This document shows, in pieces, positions 47,401 to 61,300 of a DNA stretch of 64,000 nt. The notes beneath the pieces are model-generated. The model was not told the DNA's origin. It saw only the letters and a list, made by a program, of their open reading frames with translations, and made no database searches. Position numbers and translations under genes: made by a program. Position 1 is the stretch's first letter. Every line of letters begins with the position of its first letter. Source of the stretch: Heterodontus francisci (taxonomy: Eukaryota); contig NC_090399.1 of the NCBI RefSeq assembly GCF_036365525.1, positions 53,910,430 through 53,974,429 of the forward strand. Reading direction: 5' to 3'.

Positions 47401-50400
47401 TGTGGAGTGGAGGGAAGGGTGGGGCTGATCGGGTACATAGAGGAACAGGGGAGTGTGGAGTTTAGGGAAGGGTGGGGCTGATCGGGTACATGGAGGAACA
47501 GGGGAGTGTGGAGTGGAGGGAAGGGTGGGGCTTATCGGGTACATAGAGGAACAGGGGAGTGTGGAGTGGAGGGAAGGGTGGGGCTGATCGGGTACATGGA
47601 GGAACAGGGGAGTGTGGAGCGGAGGGAAGGGTGGGGCTGATCGGGTACATGGAGGAACAGGGGAGTGTGGAGTGGAGGGAAGGGTGGGGCTGATCGGGTA
47701 CATAGAGGAACAGGGGAGTGTGGAGTTTAGGGAAGGGTGGGGCTGATCGGGTACATGGAGGAACAGGGGAGTGTGGAGTGGAGGGAAGGGTGGGGCTGAT
47801 CGGGTACATGGAGGAACAGGGGAGTGTGGAGTTTAGGGAAGGGTGGGGCTGATCGGGTAAATAGAGGAACAGGGGAGTGTGGAGTGGAGGGAAGGGTGGG
47901 GCTGATCGGGTACATAGAGGAACAGGGGAGTGTGGAGTGGAGGGAAGGGTGGGGCTGATCGGGTACATAGAGGAACAGGGGAGTGTGGAGTGGAGGGAAG
48001 GGTGGGGCTGATCGGGTACATAGAGGAACAGGGGAGTGTGGAGCGGAGGGAAGGGTGGGGCTGATCAGGTACATGGAGGAACAGGGGAGTGTGTAGTGGA
48101 GGGAAGGGTGGGGCTGATCAGGTACATGGAGGAACAGGGGAGTGTGGAGTGGAGGGAAGGGTGGGGCTGATCGGGTACATAGAGGAACAGGGGAGTGTGG
48201 AGTGGAGGGAAGGGTGGGGCTGATCGGGTACATAGAGGAACAGGGGAGTGTGGAGCGGAGGGAAGGGTGGGGCTGATCAGGTACATGGAGGAACAGGGGA
48301 GTGTGTAGTGGAGGGAAGGGTGGGGCTGATCAGGTACATGGAGGAACAGGGGAGTGTGGAGTGGAGGGAAGGGTGGGGCTGATCGGGTACATAGAGGAAC
48401 AGGGGAGTGTGGAGTGAAGGGAAGGGTGGGGCTCATCGGGTACATGGAGGAACAGGGGAGTGTGGAGTGGAGGGAAGGGTGGGGCTGATCGGGTACAAAG
48501 AGGAACAGGGGAGTGTGGAGTGGAGGGAAGGGTGGGGCTGATCGGGTACATAGAGGAACAGGGGAGTGTGGAGTGGAGGGAAGGGTGGGGCTGATCCGGT
48601 ACATGGAGGAACAGGGGAGTGTGGAGTGGAGGGAAGGGTGGGGCTGATCGGGTACATGGAGGAACAGGGGAGTTTGGAGTGGAGGGAAGGGTGGGGATGA
48701 TCGGGTACATAGAGGAACAGGGGAGTGTGGAGTGAAGGGAAGGGTGGGGCTCATCGGGTACATGGAGGAACAGGGCAGTGTGGAGTGGAGGGAAGGGTGG
48801 GGCTGATCGGGTACATGGAGGAACAGGGGAGTGTGGAGTGGAGGGAAGGGTGGGGCTGATCGGGTACAAAGAGGAACAGGGGAGTGTGGAGTGGAGGGAA
48901 GGGTTGGGCTGATCGGGTACATGGAGGAACAGGGGATTGTGGAGTGGAGGGAAGGGTGGGGCTGATCGGGTACATGGTGGAACAGGGGAGTGTGGAGCGG
49001 AGGGAAGGGTGGGGCTGATCGGGTACATAGAGGAACAGGGGAGTGTGGAGTGGAGGGAAGGGTGGGGCTGATTGGGTACATGGAGGAACAGGGGAGTGTG
49101 GAGTAGAGGGAAGGGTGGGGCTGATCGGGTACATAGAGGAACAGGGGAGTGTGGAGTGGAGGGAAGGGTGGGGCTGATCGGGTACATGGTGGAACAGGGG
49201 AGTGTGGAGTGGAGGGAAGGGTGGGGCTGATCGGGTACATGGAGGAACAGGGGAGTGTGGAGTGGAGGGAAGGGTGGGGCTGATCGGGTACATGGAGGAA
49301 CAGGGGAGTGTGGAGTGGAGGGAAGGGTGGGGCTGATCGGGTACATGGAGGAACAGGGGAGTGTGGAGTGGAGGGAAGGGTGGGGCTGATCGGGTACATG
49401 GAGGAACAGGGGAGTGTGGAGCGGAGGGAAGGGTGGGGCTGATCGGGTACATGGAGGAACAGGGGAGTGTGGAGTGGAGGGAAGGGTGGGGCTGATCGGG
49501 TACATGGAGGAACAGGGGAGTGTGGAGTGGAGGGAAGGGTGGGGCTGATCGGGTACAAAGAGGAACAGGGGAGTGTGGAGTGGAGGGAAGGGTGGGGCTG
49601 ATCGGGTACATGGTGGAACAGGGGAGTGTGGAGCGGAGGGAAGGGTGGGGCTGATCGGGTACATAGAGGAACAGGGGAGTGTGGAGTGGAGGGAAGGGTG
49701 GGGCTGATCGGGTACATGGAGGAACAGGGGAGTGTGGAGTGGAGGGAAGGGTGGGGCTGATCGGGTACATGGAGGAACAGGGGAGTGTGGAGCGGAGGGA
49801 AGGGTGGGGCTTATCGGGTACATAGAGGAACAGGGGAGTGTGGAGTGGAGGGAAGGGTGGGGCTGATCGGGTACATGGAGGAACAGGGGAGTGTGGAGTG
49901 GAGGGAAGGGTGGGGCTGATCGGGTACATGGAGGAACAGGGGAGTGTGGAGCGGAGGGAAGGGTGGGGCTGATCGGGTACATGGAGGAACAGGGGAGTGT
50001 GGAGTGGAGGGAAGGGTGGGGCTGATCGGGTACATAGAGGAACAGGGGAGTGTGGAGTTTAGGGAAGGGTGGGGCTGATCGGGTACATGGAGGAACAGGG
50101 GAGTGTGGAGTGGAGGGAAGGGTGGGGCTGATCGGGTACATGGAGGAACAGGGGAGTGTGGAGTTTAGGGAAGGGTGGGGCTGATCGGGTAAATAGAGGA
50201 ACAGGGGAGTGTGGAGTGGAGGGAAGGGTGGGGCTGATCGGGTACATAGAGGAACAGGGGAGTGTGGAGTGGAGGGAAGGGTGGGGCTGATCGGGTACAT
50301 AGAGGAACAGGGGAGTGTGGAGTGGAGGGAAGGGTGGGGCTGATCGGGTACATAGAGGAACAGGGGAGTGTGGAGCGGAGGGAAGGGTGGGGCTGATCAG

Positions 50401-52335
50401 GTACATGGAGGAACAGGGGAGTGTGTAGTGGAGGGAAGGGTGGGGCTGATCAGGTACATGGAGGAACAGGGGAGTGTGGAGTGGAGGGAAGGGTGGGGCT
50501 GATCGGGTACATAGAGGAACAGGGGAGTGTGGAGTGGAGGGAAGGGTGGGGCTGATCGGGTACATAGAGGAACAGGGGAGTGTGGAGCGGAGGGAAGGGT
50601 GGGGCTGATCAGGTACATGGAGGAACAGGGGAGTGTGTAGTGGAGGGAAGGGTGGGGCTGATCAGGTACATGGAGGAACAGGGGAGTGTGGAGTGGAGGG
50701 AAGGGTGGGGCTGATCGGGTACATAGAGGAACAGGGGAGTGTGGAGTGGAGGGAAGGGTGGGGCTGATCGGGTACATGGAGGAACAGGGGAGTGTGGAGT
50801 GGAGGGAAGGGTGGGGCTGATCGGGTACAAAGAGGAACAGGGGAGTGTGGAGTTTAGGGAAGGGTGGGGCTGATCGGGTACATCGAGGAACAGGGGAGTG
50901 TGGAGTGGAGGGAAGGGTGGGGCTGATCGGGTACATCGAGGAACAGGGGAGTGTGGAGTGGAGGGAAGGGTGGGGCTGATCGGGTACATAGAGGATCAGG
51001 GGAGTGTGGAGTTTAGGGAAGGGTGGGGCTGATCGGGTACATCGAGGAACAGGGGAGTGTGGAGTGGAGGGAAGGGTGGGGCTGATCGGGTACATGGAGG
51101 AACAGGGGAGTGTGGAGTGGAGGGAAGGGTGGGGCTGATCGGGTACATGGAGGAACAGGGGAGTGTGGAGCGGAGGGAAGGGTGGGGCTTATCGGGTACA
51201 TAGAGGAACAGGGGAGTGTGGAGTGGAGGGAAGGGTGGGGCTGATCGGGTACATGGAGGAACAGGGGAGTGTGGAGCGGAGGGAAGGGTGGGGCTGATCG
51301 GGTACATGGAGGAACAGGGGAGTGTGGAGTGGAGGGAAGGGTGGGGCTGATCGGGTACATAGAGGAACAGGGGAGTGTGGAGTTTAGGGAAGGGTGGGGC
51401 TGATCGGGTACATGGAGGAACAGGGGAGTGTGGAGTGGAGGGAAGGGTGGGGCTTATCGGGTACATAGAGGAACAGGGGAGTGTGGAGTGGAGGGAAGGG
51501 TGGGGCTGATCGGGTACATGGAGGAACAGGGGAGTGTGGAGCGGAGGGAAGGGTGGGGCTGATCGGGTACATGGAGGAACAGGGGAGTGTGGAGTGGAGG
51601 GAAGGGTGGGGCTGATCGGGTACATAGAGGAACAGGGGAGTGTGGAGTTTAGGGAAGGGTGGGGCTGATCGGGTACATGGAGGAACAGGGGAGTGTGGAG
51701 TGGAGGGAAGGGTGGGGCTGATCGGGTACATGGAGGAACAGGGGAGTGTGGAGTTTAGGGAAGGGTGGGGCTGATCGGGTAAATAGAGGAACAGGGGAGT
51801 GTGGAGTGGAGGGAAGGGTGGGGCTGATCGGGTACATAGAGGAACAGGGGAGTGTGGAGTGGAGGGAAGGGTGGGGCTGATCGGGTACATAGAGGAACAG
51901 GGGAGTGTGGAGTGGAGGGAAGGGTGGGGCTGATCGGGTACATAGAGGAACAGGGGAGTGTGGAGCGGAGGGAAGGGTGGGGCTGATCAGGTACATGGAG
52001 GAACAGGGGAGTGTGTAGTGGAGGGAAGGGTGGGGCTGATCAGGTACATGGAGGAACAGGGGAGTGTGGAGTGGAGGGAAGGGTGGGGCTGATCGGGTAC
52101 ATAGAGGAACAGGGGAGTGTGGAGTGGAGGGAAGGGTGGGGCTGATCGGGTACATAGAGGAACAGGGGAGTGTGGAGCGGAGGGAAGGGTGGGGCTGATC
52201 AGGTACATGGAGGAACAGGGGAGTGTGTAGTGGAGGGAAGGGTGGGGCTGATCAGGTACATGGAGGAACAGGGGAGTGTGGAGTGGAGGGAAGGGTGGGG
52301 CTGATCGGGTACATAGAGGAACAGGGGAGTGTGGA
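44475..52335. repeat. Higher-order tandem duplication of 74 units (3922 bp), near-identical copies
   Basis: A long series of ORFs repeats at offset 3922 = 74x53 (44511/48433, 44829/48751, 45889/49811, 46137/50059, 47074/50996, 47833/51755); nested 1590-bp (30-unit) repeats inside. Confidence 0.88.
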
Positions 52336-55300
52336 GTGGAGGGAAGGGTGGGGCTGATCGGGTACATGGAGGAACAGGGGAGTGTGGAGTGGAGGGAAGG
52401 GTGGGGCTGATCGGGTACAAAGAGGAACAGGGGAGTGTGGAGTTTAGGGAAGGGTGGGGCTGATCGGGTACATCGAGGAACAGGGGAGTGTGGAGTGGAG
52501 GGAAGGGTGGGGCTGATCGGGTACATCGAGGAACAGGGGAGTGTGGAGTGGAGGGAAGGGTGGGGCTGATCGGGTACATAGAGGATCAGGGGAGTGTGGA
52601 GTTTAGGGAAGGGTGGGGCTGATCGGGTACATCGAGGAACAGGGGAGTGTGGAGTGGAGGGAAGGGTGGGGCTGATCGGGTACATGGAGGAACAGGGGAG
52701 TGTGGAGTGGAGGGAAGGGTGGGGCTGATCGGGTACAAAGAGGAACAGGGGAGTGTGGAGTTTAGGGAAGGGTGGGGCTGATCGGGTACATCGAGGAACA
52801 GGGGAGTGTGGAGTGGAGGGAAGGGTGGGGCTGATCGGGTACATCGAGGAACAGGGGAGTGTGGAGTGGAGGGAAGGGTGGGGCTGATCGGGTACATAGA
52901 GGATCAGGGGAGTGTGGAGTTTAGGGAAGGGTGGGGCTGATCGGGTACATCGAGGAACAGGGGAGTGTGGAGTGGAGGGAAGGGTGGGGCTGATCGGGTA
53001 CATCGAGGAACAGGGGAGTGTGGAGTGGAGGGAAGGGTGGGGCTGATCGGGTACATCGAGGAACAGGGGAGTGTGGAGTGGAGGGAAGGGTGGGGCTGAT
53101 CGGGCACATGGAAGAACAGGGGAGTGTGGAGTGGAGGGAAGGGTGGGGCTGATCGGGTACATGGAGGAACAGGGGAGTGTGGAGTGGAGGGAAGGGTGGG
53201 GCTGATCGGGCACATGGAAGAACAGGGGAGTGTGGAGTGGAGGGAAGGGTGGGGCTGATCGGGTACATGGAGGAACAGGGGAGTGTGGAGTCGAGGGAAG
53301 GGTGGGGCTGATCGGGTACATGGAGGAACAGGGGAGTGTGGAGTGGAGGGAAGGGTGGGGCTGATCGGGTACAAAGAGGAACAGGGGAGTGTGGAGTGGA
53401 GGGAAGGGTGGGGCTGATCGGGTACATAAAGGAACAGGGGAGTGTGGAGTGGAGGGAAGGGTGGGGCTGATCGGGTACCTGGAGGAACAGGGGAGTGTGG
53501 AGTGGAGGGAAGGGTGGGGCTGATCGGGTACAAAGAGGAACAGGGGAGTGTGGAGTGGAGGGAAGGGTGGGGCTGATCGGGTACATAGAGGAACAGGGGA
53601 GTGTGGAGTGGAGGGAAGGGTGGGGCTGATCGGGTACATAAAGGAACAGGGGAGTGTGGAGTGGAGGGAAGGGTGGGGCTGATCGGGTACATGGAGGAAC
53701 AGGGGAGTGTGGAGTGGAGGGAAGGGTGGGGCTGATCGGGTACATAGAGGAACAGGGGAGTGTGGCGTGAAGGGAAGGGTGGGGCTGATCAGGTACATGG
53801 TGGAACAGGGGAGTGTGGAGTGGAGGGAAGGGTGGGGCTGATCGGGTACATGGTGGAACAGGGGAGTGTGGAGTGGAGGGAAGGGTGGGGCTGATCGGGT
53901 ACATAGAGGAACAGGGGAGTGTGGAGCGGAGGGAAGGGTGGGGCTGATCGGGTACATAGAGGAACAGGGGAGTTTGGAGTGGAGGGAAGGGTGGGGCTGA
54001 TCGGGTAAATGGAGGAACAGGGGAGTGTGGAGCGGAGGGAAGGGTGGGGCTGATCGGGTACATGGTGGAACAGGGGAGTGTGGAGTCGAGTGAAGGGTGG
54101 GGCTGATTGGGTACATAGAGGAACAGGGGAGTGTGGAGTGGAGGGAAGGGTGGGGCTGATCGGGTACATGGAGGAACAGGGGAGTGTGGAGCGGAGGGAA
54201 GGGTGGGGCTGATCGGGTACATAGAGGAACAGGGGAGTGTGGAGCGGAGGGAAGGGTGGGGCTGATCGGGTACATAGAGGAACAGGGGAGTGTGGAGTGG
54301 AGGGAAGGGTGGGGCTGATCGGGTACATGGAGGAACAGGGGAGTGTGGAGTGGAGGGAAGGGTGGGACTGATCGGGTACATGGAAGAACAGGGGAGTGTG
54401 GAGTGGAGGGAAGGGTGGGGCTGTTCGGGTACATGGAGGAACAGGGGAGTGTGGAGTGGAGGGAAGGGTGGGGCTGATCGGGTACAAAGAGGAACAGGGG
54501 AGTGTGGAGTGGAGGGAAGGGTGGGGCTGATCGGGTAAATAGAGGAACAGGGGAGTGTGGAGTGGAGGGAAGGTGTGGAGTGGAGGGAAGGGTGGGGCTG
54601 ATCGGGTACATGGAGGAACAGGGGAGTGTGGAGTGGAGGGAAGGGTGGGGCTGATCGGGTACATAGAGGATCAGGGGAGTGTGGAGTGGAGGGAAGGTGT
54701 GGAGTGGAGGGAAGGGTGGGGCTGATCGGGTACATGGAGGAACAGGGGAGTGTGGAGTGGAGGGAAGGGTGGGGCTGATCGGGTACATAGAGGATCAGGG
54801 GAGTGTGGAGTCGAGGGAAGGGTGGGGCTGATCGGGTACAAAGAGGAACAGGGGACTGTGGAGTGGAGGGAAGGGTGGGGCTGATCGGGTACAAAGAGGA
54901 ACAGGGGAGTGTGGAGTGGAGGGAAGGGTGGGGCTGATCGGGTACATAGAGGAACAGGGGAGTGTGGAGTGGAGGGAAGGGTGGGGCTGATCGGGTACAT
55001 GGAGGAACAGGGGAGTGTGGAGTGGAGGGAAGGGTGGGGCTGATCGGGTACATGGAGGAACAGGGGAGTGTGGAGTGGAGGGAAGGGTGGGGCTGATCGG
55101 GTACATAGAGGAACAGGGGAGTGTGGAGTGGAGGGAAGGGTGGGGCTGATCGGTAACATGGTGGAACAGGGGAGTGTGGAGTGGAGGGAAGGGTGGGGCT
55201 GATCGGGTACATGGAGGAACAGGGGAGTGTGGAGTGGAGGGAAGGGTGGGGCTGATCGGGTACAAAGAGGAACAGGGGAGTGTGGAGTGGAGGGAAGGGT

Positions 55301-58300
55301 GGGGCTGATCGGGTACATGGAGGAACAGGGGAGTGTGGAGTGGAGGGAAGGGTGGGGCTGATCGGGTACATGGAGGAACAGGGGAGTGTGGAGTGGAGGG
55401 AAGGGTGGGGCTGATCGGGTACATAGAGGAACAGGGGAGTGTGGAGTGGAGGGAAGGGTGGGGCTGATCGGGTACATGGAGGAACAGGGGAGTGTGGAGT
55501 GGAGGGAAGGGTGGGGCTGATCGGGTACATGGAGGAACAGGGGAGTGTGGAGTGGAGGGAAGGGTGGGGCTGATCGGGTACATGGAGGAACAGGGGAGTG
55601 TGGAGTGGAGGGAAGGGTGGGGCTGATCGGGTACATAGAGGAACAGGGGAGTGTGGAGCGGAGGGAAGGGTGGGGCTGATCGGGTACATGGAGGAACAGG
55701 GGAGTGTGGAGTGGAGGGAAGGGTGGGGCTGATCGGGTACATAGAGGAACAGGGGAGTGTGGAGCGGAGGGAAGGGTGGGGCTGATCGGGTACATAGAGG
55801 AACAGGGGAGTGTGGAGTGGAGGGAAGGGTGGGGCTGATCGGGTACATAGAGGAACAGGGGAGTGTGGAGTGGAGGGAAGGGTGGGGCTGATCGGGTACA
55901 TGGAGGAACAGGGGAGTGTGGAGTGGAGGGAAGGGTGGGGCTGATCGGGTACATAGAGGAACAGGGGAGTGTGGAGCGGAGGGAAGGGTGGGGCTGATCG
56001 GGTACATAGAGGAACAGGGGAGTGTGGAGTGGAGGGAAGGGTGGGGCTGATCGGGTACATAGAGGAACAGGGGAGTGTGGAGTGGAGGGAAGGGTGGGGC
56101 TGATCGGGTAAATGGAGGAACAGGGGAGTGTGGAGCGGAGGGAAGGGTGGGGCTGATCGGGTACATGGTGGAACAGGGGAGTGTGGAGTCGAGGGAAGGG
56201 TGGGGCTGATCGGGTACATGGAGGAACAGGGGAGTGTGGAGTGGAGGGAAGGGTGGGGCTGATCGGGTACATAGAGGAACAGGGGAGTGTGGAGTGGAGG
56301 GAAGGGTGGGGCTGATCGGGTACATAGAGGAACAGGGGAGTGTGGAGTGGAGGGAAGGGTGGGGCTGATCGGGTACATAGAGGAACAGGGGAGTGTGGAG
56401 TGGAGGGAAGGGTGGGGCTGATCGGGTACATGGAGGAACAGGGGAGTGTGGAGCGGAGGGAAGGGTGGGGCTGATCGGGTACATAGAGGAACAGGGGAGT
56501 GTGGAGCGGAGGGAAGGGTGGGGCTGATCGGGTACATAGAGGAACAGGGGAGTGTGGAGTGGAGGGAAGGGTGGGGCTGATCGGGTACATGGAGGAACAG
56601 GGGAGTGTGGAGTGGAGGGAAGGGTGGGGCTGATCGGGTACAAAGAGGAACAGGGGAGTGTGGAGTGGAGGGAAGGGTGGGGCTGATCGGGTACATGGAG
56701 GAACAGGGGAGTGTGGAGTGGAGGGACGGGTGGGGCTGATCGGGTACATGGAGGAACAGGGGAGTGTGGAGCGGAGGGAAGGGTGGGGCTGATCGGGTAA
56801 ATAGAGGAACAGGGGATTGTGGAGTGGAGGGAAGGGTGGGGCTGATCGGGTACATGGAGGAACAGGGGAGTGTGGAGTGGAGGGAAGGGTGGGGCTGATC
56901 GGGTACATGGAGGAACAGGGGAGTGTGGAGTCGAGGGAAGGGTGGGGCTGATCGGGTACATAGTGGAACAGGGGAGTCTGGAGTGGAGGGAAGGGTGGGG
57001 CTGATCGGGTACATAGAGGAACAGGGGAGTGTGGAGTGGAGGGAAGGGTGGGGCTGATCGGGTACATGGAGGAAATGGGGAGTGTGGAGTCGAGGGAAGG
57101 GTGGGGCTGATCGGGTACATGGAGGAAATGGGGAGTGTGGAGTGGAGGGAAGGGTGGGGCTGATCGGGTACATGGAGGAACAGGGGAGTGTGGAGTGGAG
57201 GGAAGGGTGGGGCTGATCGGGTACATGGAGGAACAGGGGAGTGTGGAGTGGAGGGAAGGGTGGGGCTGATCGGGTACATGGAGGAACAGGGGAGTGTGGA
57301 GTGGAGGGAAGGGTGGGGCTGATCGGGTACATGGAGGAAATGGGGAGTGTGGAGTGGAGGGAAGGGTGGGGCTGATCGGGTACATGGAGGAACAGGGGAG
57401 TGTGGAGTGGAGGGAAGGGTGGGGCTGATCGGGTACATGGAGGAACAGGGGAGTGTGGAGTGGAGGGAAGGGTGGGGCTGATCGGGTACATGGAGGAACA
57501 GGGGAGTGTGGAGTGGAGGGAAGGGTGGGGCTGATCGGGTACATCGTGGAACGGGGGAGTGTGGAGTGGAGGGAAGGGTGGGGCTGATCGGGTACAAAGA
57601 GGAACAGGGGAGTGTGGAGTGGAGGGAAGGGTTGGGCTGATCGGGTACATGGAGGAACAGGGGATTGTGGAGTGGAGGGAAGGGTGGGGCTGATCGGGTA
57701 CATAGAGGAACAGGGGAGTGTGGAGTGGAGGGAAGGGTGGGGCTGATCGGGTACATGGAGGAACAGGGGATTGTGGAGTGGAGGGAAGGGTGGGGCTGAT
57801 CGGGTACATAGAGGAACAGGGGAGTGTGGAGTGGATGGAAGGGTGGGGCTGATCGGGTACATGGAGGAACAGGGGATTGTGGAGTGGAGGGAAGGGTGGG
57901 GCTGATCGGGTACATGGAGGAACAGGGGATTGTGGAGTGGAGGGAAGGGTGGGGCTGATCGGGTACATGGAGGAACAGGGGAGTGTGGAGTGGAGGGAAG
58001 GGTGGGGCTGATCGGGTACATGGAGGAACAGGGGAGTGTGGAGTGGAGGGAAGGGTGGGGCTGATCGGGTACATAGAGGAACAGGGGAGTGTGGAGCGGA
58101 GGGAAGGGTGGGGCTGATCGGGTACATAGAGGAACAGGGGAGTGTGGAGTGGAGGGAAGGGTGGGGCTGATCGGGTACATGGAGGAACAGGGGAGTGTGG
58201 AGTGGAGGGAAGGGTGGGGCTGATCGGGTACATGGAGGAACAGGGGAGTGTGGAGTGGAGGGAAGAGTGGGGCTGATCGGGTACATGGAGGAACAGGGGA

Positions 58301-61300
58301 GTGTGGAGTGGAGGGAAGGGTGGGGCTGATCGGGTACATGGAGGAACAGGGGAGTGTGGAGTGGAGGGAAGGGTGGGGCTGATCGGGTACAAAGAGGAAC
58401 AGGGGAGTGTGGAGTGGAGGGAAGGGTGGGGCTGATCGGGTACATAGAGGAACAGGGGAGTGTGGAGCGGAGGGAAGGGTGGGGCTGATCGGGTACATAG
58501 AGGAACAGGGGAGTGTGGAGTGGAGGGAAGGGTGGGGCTGATCGGGTACATGGAGGAACAGGGGAGTGTGGAGTGGAGGGAAGGGTGGGGCTGATCGGGT
58601 ACAAAGAGGAACAGGGGAGTGTGGAGTGGAGGGAAGGGTGGGGCTGATCGGGTACATGGAGGAACAGGGGAGTGTGGAGTGGAGGGACGGGTGGGGCTGA
58701 TCGGGTACATGGAGGAACAGGGGAGTGTGGAGCGGAGGGAAGGGTGGGGCTGATCGGGGACATGGAGGAACAGGGGAGTGTGGAGTCGAGGGAAGGGTGG
58801 GGCTGATCGGGTACATAGAGGAACAGGGGAGTCTGGAGTGGAGGGAAGGGTGGGGCTGATCGGGTACATAGAGGAAATGGGGAGTGTGGAGTCGAGGGAA
58901 GGGTGGGGCTGATCGGGTACATGGAGGAAATGGGGAGTGTGGAGTCGAGGGAAGGGTGGGGCTGATCGGGTACAAAGAGGAACAGGGGACTGTGGAGTCG
59001 AGGGAAGGGTGGGGCTGATCGGGTACATGGAGGAACAGGGGAGTCTGGAGTGGAGGGAAGGGTGGGGCTGATCGGGTACATAGAGGAACAGGGGAGTGTG
59101 GAGTGGAGGGAAGGGTGGGGCTGATCGGGTACATAGAGGAACAGGGGAGTGTGGAGTGGAGGGAAGGGTGGGACTGATCGGGTACATGGAGGAACAGGGG
59201 AGTCTGGAGTGGAGGGAAGGGTCGGGCTGGTCGGGTACATGGAGGAACAGGGGAGTGTGGAGTGGAGGGAAGGGTGGGACTGATCGGGTACATAGAGGAA
59301 ATGGGGTGTGTGGAGTGGAGGGAAGGGTGGGGCTGATCGGGCACATGGAAGAACAGGGGAGTGTGGAGTGGAGGGAAGGGTGGGGCTGATCGGGTACATG
59401 GAGGAACAGGGGAGTGTGGAGTGGAGGGAAGGGTGGGGCTGATCGGGTACAAAGAGGAACAGGGGAGTGTGGAGTGGAGGGAAGGGTGGGGCTGATCGGG
59501 TACATAGAGGAACAGGGGAGTGTGGAGTTTAGGGAAGGGTGGGGCTGATCGGGTACATAGAGGAACAGGGGAGTGTGGAGTGGAGGGAAGGGTGGGGCTG
59601 ATCGGGTACATAGAGGAACAGGGGAGTGTGGAGTGGAGGGAAGGGTGGGGCTGATCGGGTACATGGAGGAACAGGGGATTGTGGAGTGGAGGGAAGGGTG
59701 GGGCTGATCGGGTACAAAGAGGAACAGGGGAGTGTGGAGTGGAGGGAAGGGTGGGGCTGATCGGGTACATAGAGGAACAGGGGAGTGTGGAGTTTAGGGA
59801 AGGGTGGGGCTGATCGGGTACATGGAGGAACAGGGGAGTGTGGAGTGGAGGGAAGGGTGGGGCTGATCGGGTACATAGAGGAACAGGGGAGTGTGGAGTG
59901 GAGGGAAGGGTGGGGCTGATCGGGTACATAGAGGAACAGGGGAGTGTGGAGTGGAGGGAAGGGTGGGGCTGATCGGGTACATGGAGGAACAGGGGATTGT
60001 GGAGTGGAGGGAAGGGTGGGGCTGATCGGGTACATGGAGGAACAGGGGATTGTGGAGTGGAGGGAAGGGTGGGGCTGATCGGGTACATGGAGGAACAGGG
60101 GAGTGTGGAGTGGAGGGAAGGGTGGGGCTGATCGGGCACATGGAAGAACAGGGGAGTGTGGAGTGGAGGGAAGGGTGGGGCTGATCGGGTACATGGAGGA
60201 ACAGGGGAGTGTGGAGTGGAGGGAAGGGTGGGGCTGATCGGGTACATGGAGGAACAGGGGAGTGTGGAGTGGAGGGAAGGGTGGGGCTGATCGGGTACAT
60301 GGAGGAACAGGGGAGTGTGGAGTCGAGGGAAGGGTGGGGCTGATCGGGTACATGGAGGAACAGGGGAGTGTGGAGTGGAGGGAAGGGTGGGGCTGATCGG
60401 GTACAAAGAGGAACAGGGGAGTGTGGAGTGGAGGGAAGGGTGGGGCTGATCGGGTACATAAAGGAACAGGGGAGTGTGGAGTGGAGGGAAGGGTGGGGCT
60501 GATCGGGTACATAAAGGAACAGGGGAGTGTGGAGTGGAGGGAAGGGTGGGGCTGATCGGGTACATAAAGGAACAGGGGAGTGTGGAGTGGAGGGAAGGGT
60601 GGGGCTGATCGGGTACATAGAGGAACAGGGGAGTGTGGAGTGGAGGGAAGGGTGGGGCTGATCGGGTACATGGAGGAACAGGGGAGTGTGGAGTGGAGGG
60701 AAGGGTGGGGCTGATCGGGTACATGGAGGAACAGGGGAGTGTGGAGTGGAGGGAAGGGTGGGGCTGATCGGGTACAAAGAGGAACAGGGGAGTGTGGAGT
60801 GGAGGGAAGGGTGGGGCTGATCGGGTACATAGAGGAACAGGGGAGTGTGGAGTGAAGGGAAGGGTGGGGCTGATCGGGTACATGGAGGAACAGGGGAGTG
60901 TGGAGTGGAGGGAAGGGTGGGGCTGATCGGGTACATAGAGGAACAGGGGAGTGTGGAGTGGAGGGAAGGGTGGGGCTGATCGGGTACATGGAGGAACAGG
61001 GGATTGTGGAGTGGAGGGAAGGGTGGGGCTGATCGGGTACATGGAGGAACAGGGGAGTGTGGAGTGGAGGGAAGGGTGGGGCTGATCGGGCACATGGAAG
61101 AACAGGGGAGTGTGGAGTGGAGGGAAGGGTGGGGCTGATCGGGTACATGGAGGAACAGGGGAGTGTGGAGTCGAGGGAAGGGTGGGGCTGATCGGGTACA
61201 TGGAGGAACAGGGGAGTGTGGAGTGGAGGGAAGGGTGGGGCTGATCGGGTACAAAGAGGAACAGGGGAGTGTGGAGTGGAGGGAAGGGTGGGGCTGATCG

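Noticed and set aside
13935-53800. CAG|GTACAT variant units as recursive splice sites
   Set aside because: No upstream pyrimidine tract in a 77% purine context; more simply explained by CpG deamination.
28425-59800. TTAGGG telomere hexamers in GAGTTTAGGGAAG variant units
   Set aside because: Always single copies created by a GG>TT change in the monomer and spread by array duplication; not an interstitial telomeric tract.
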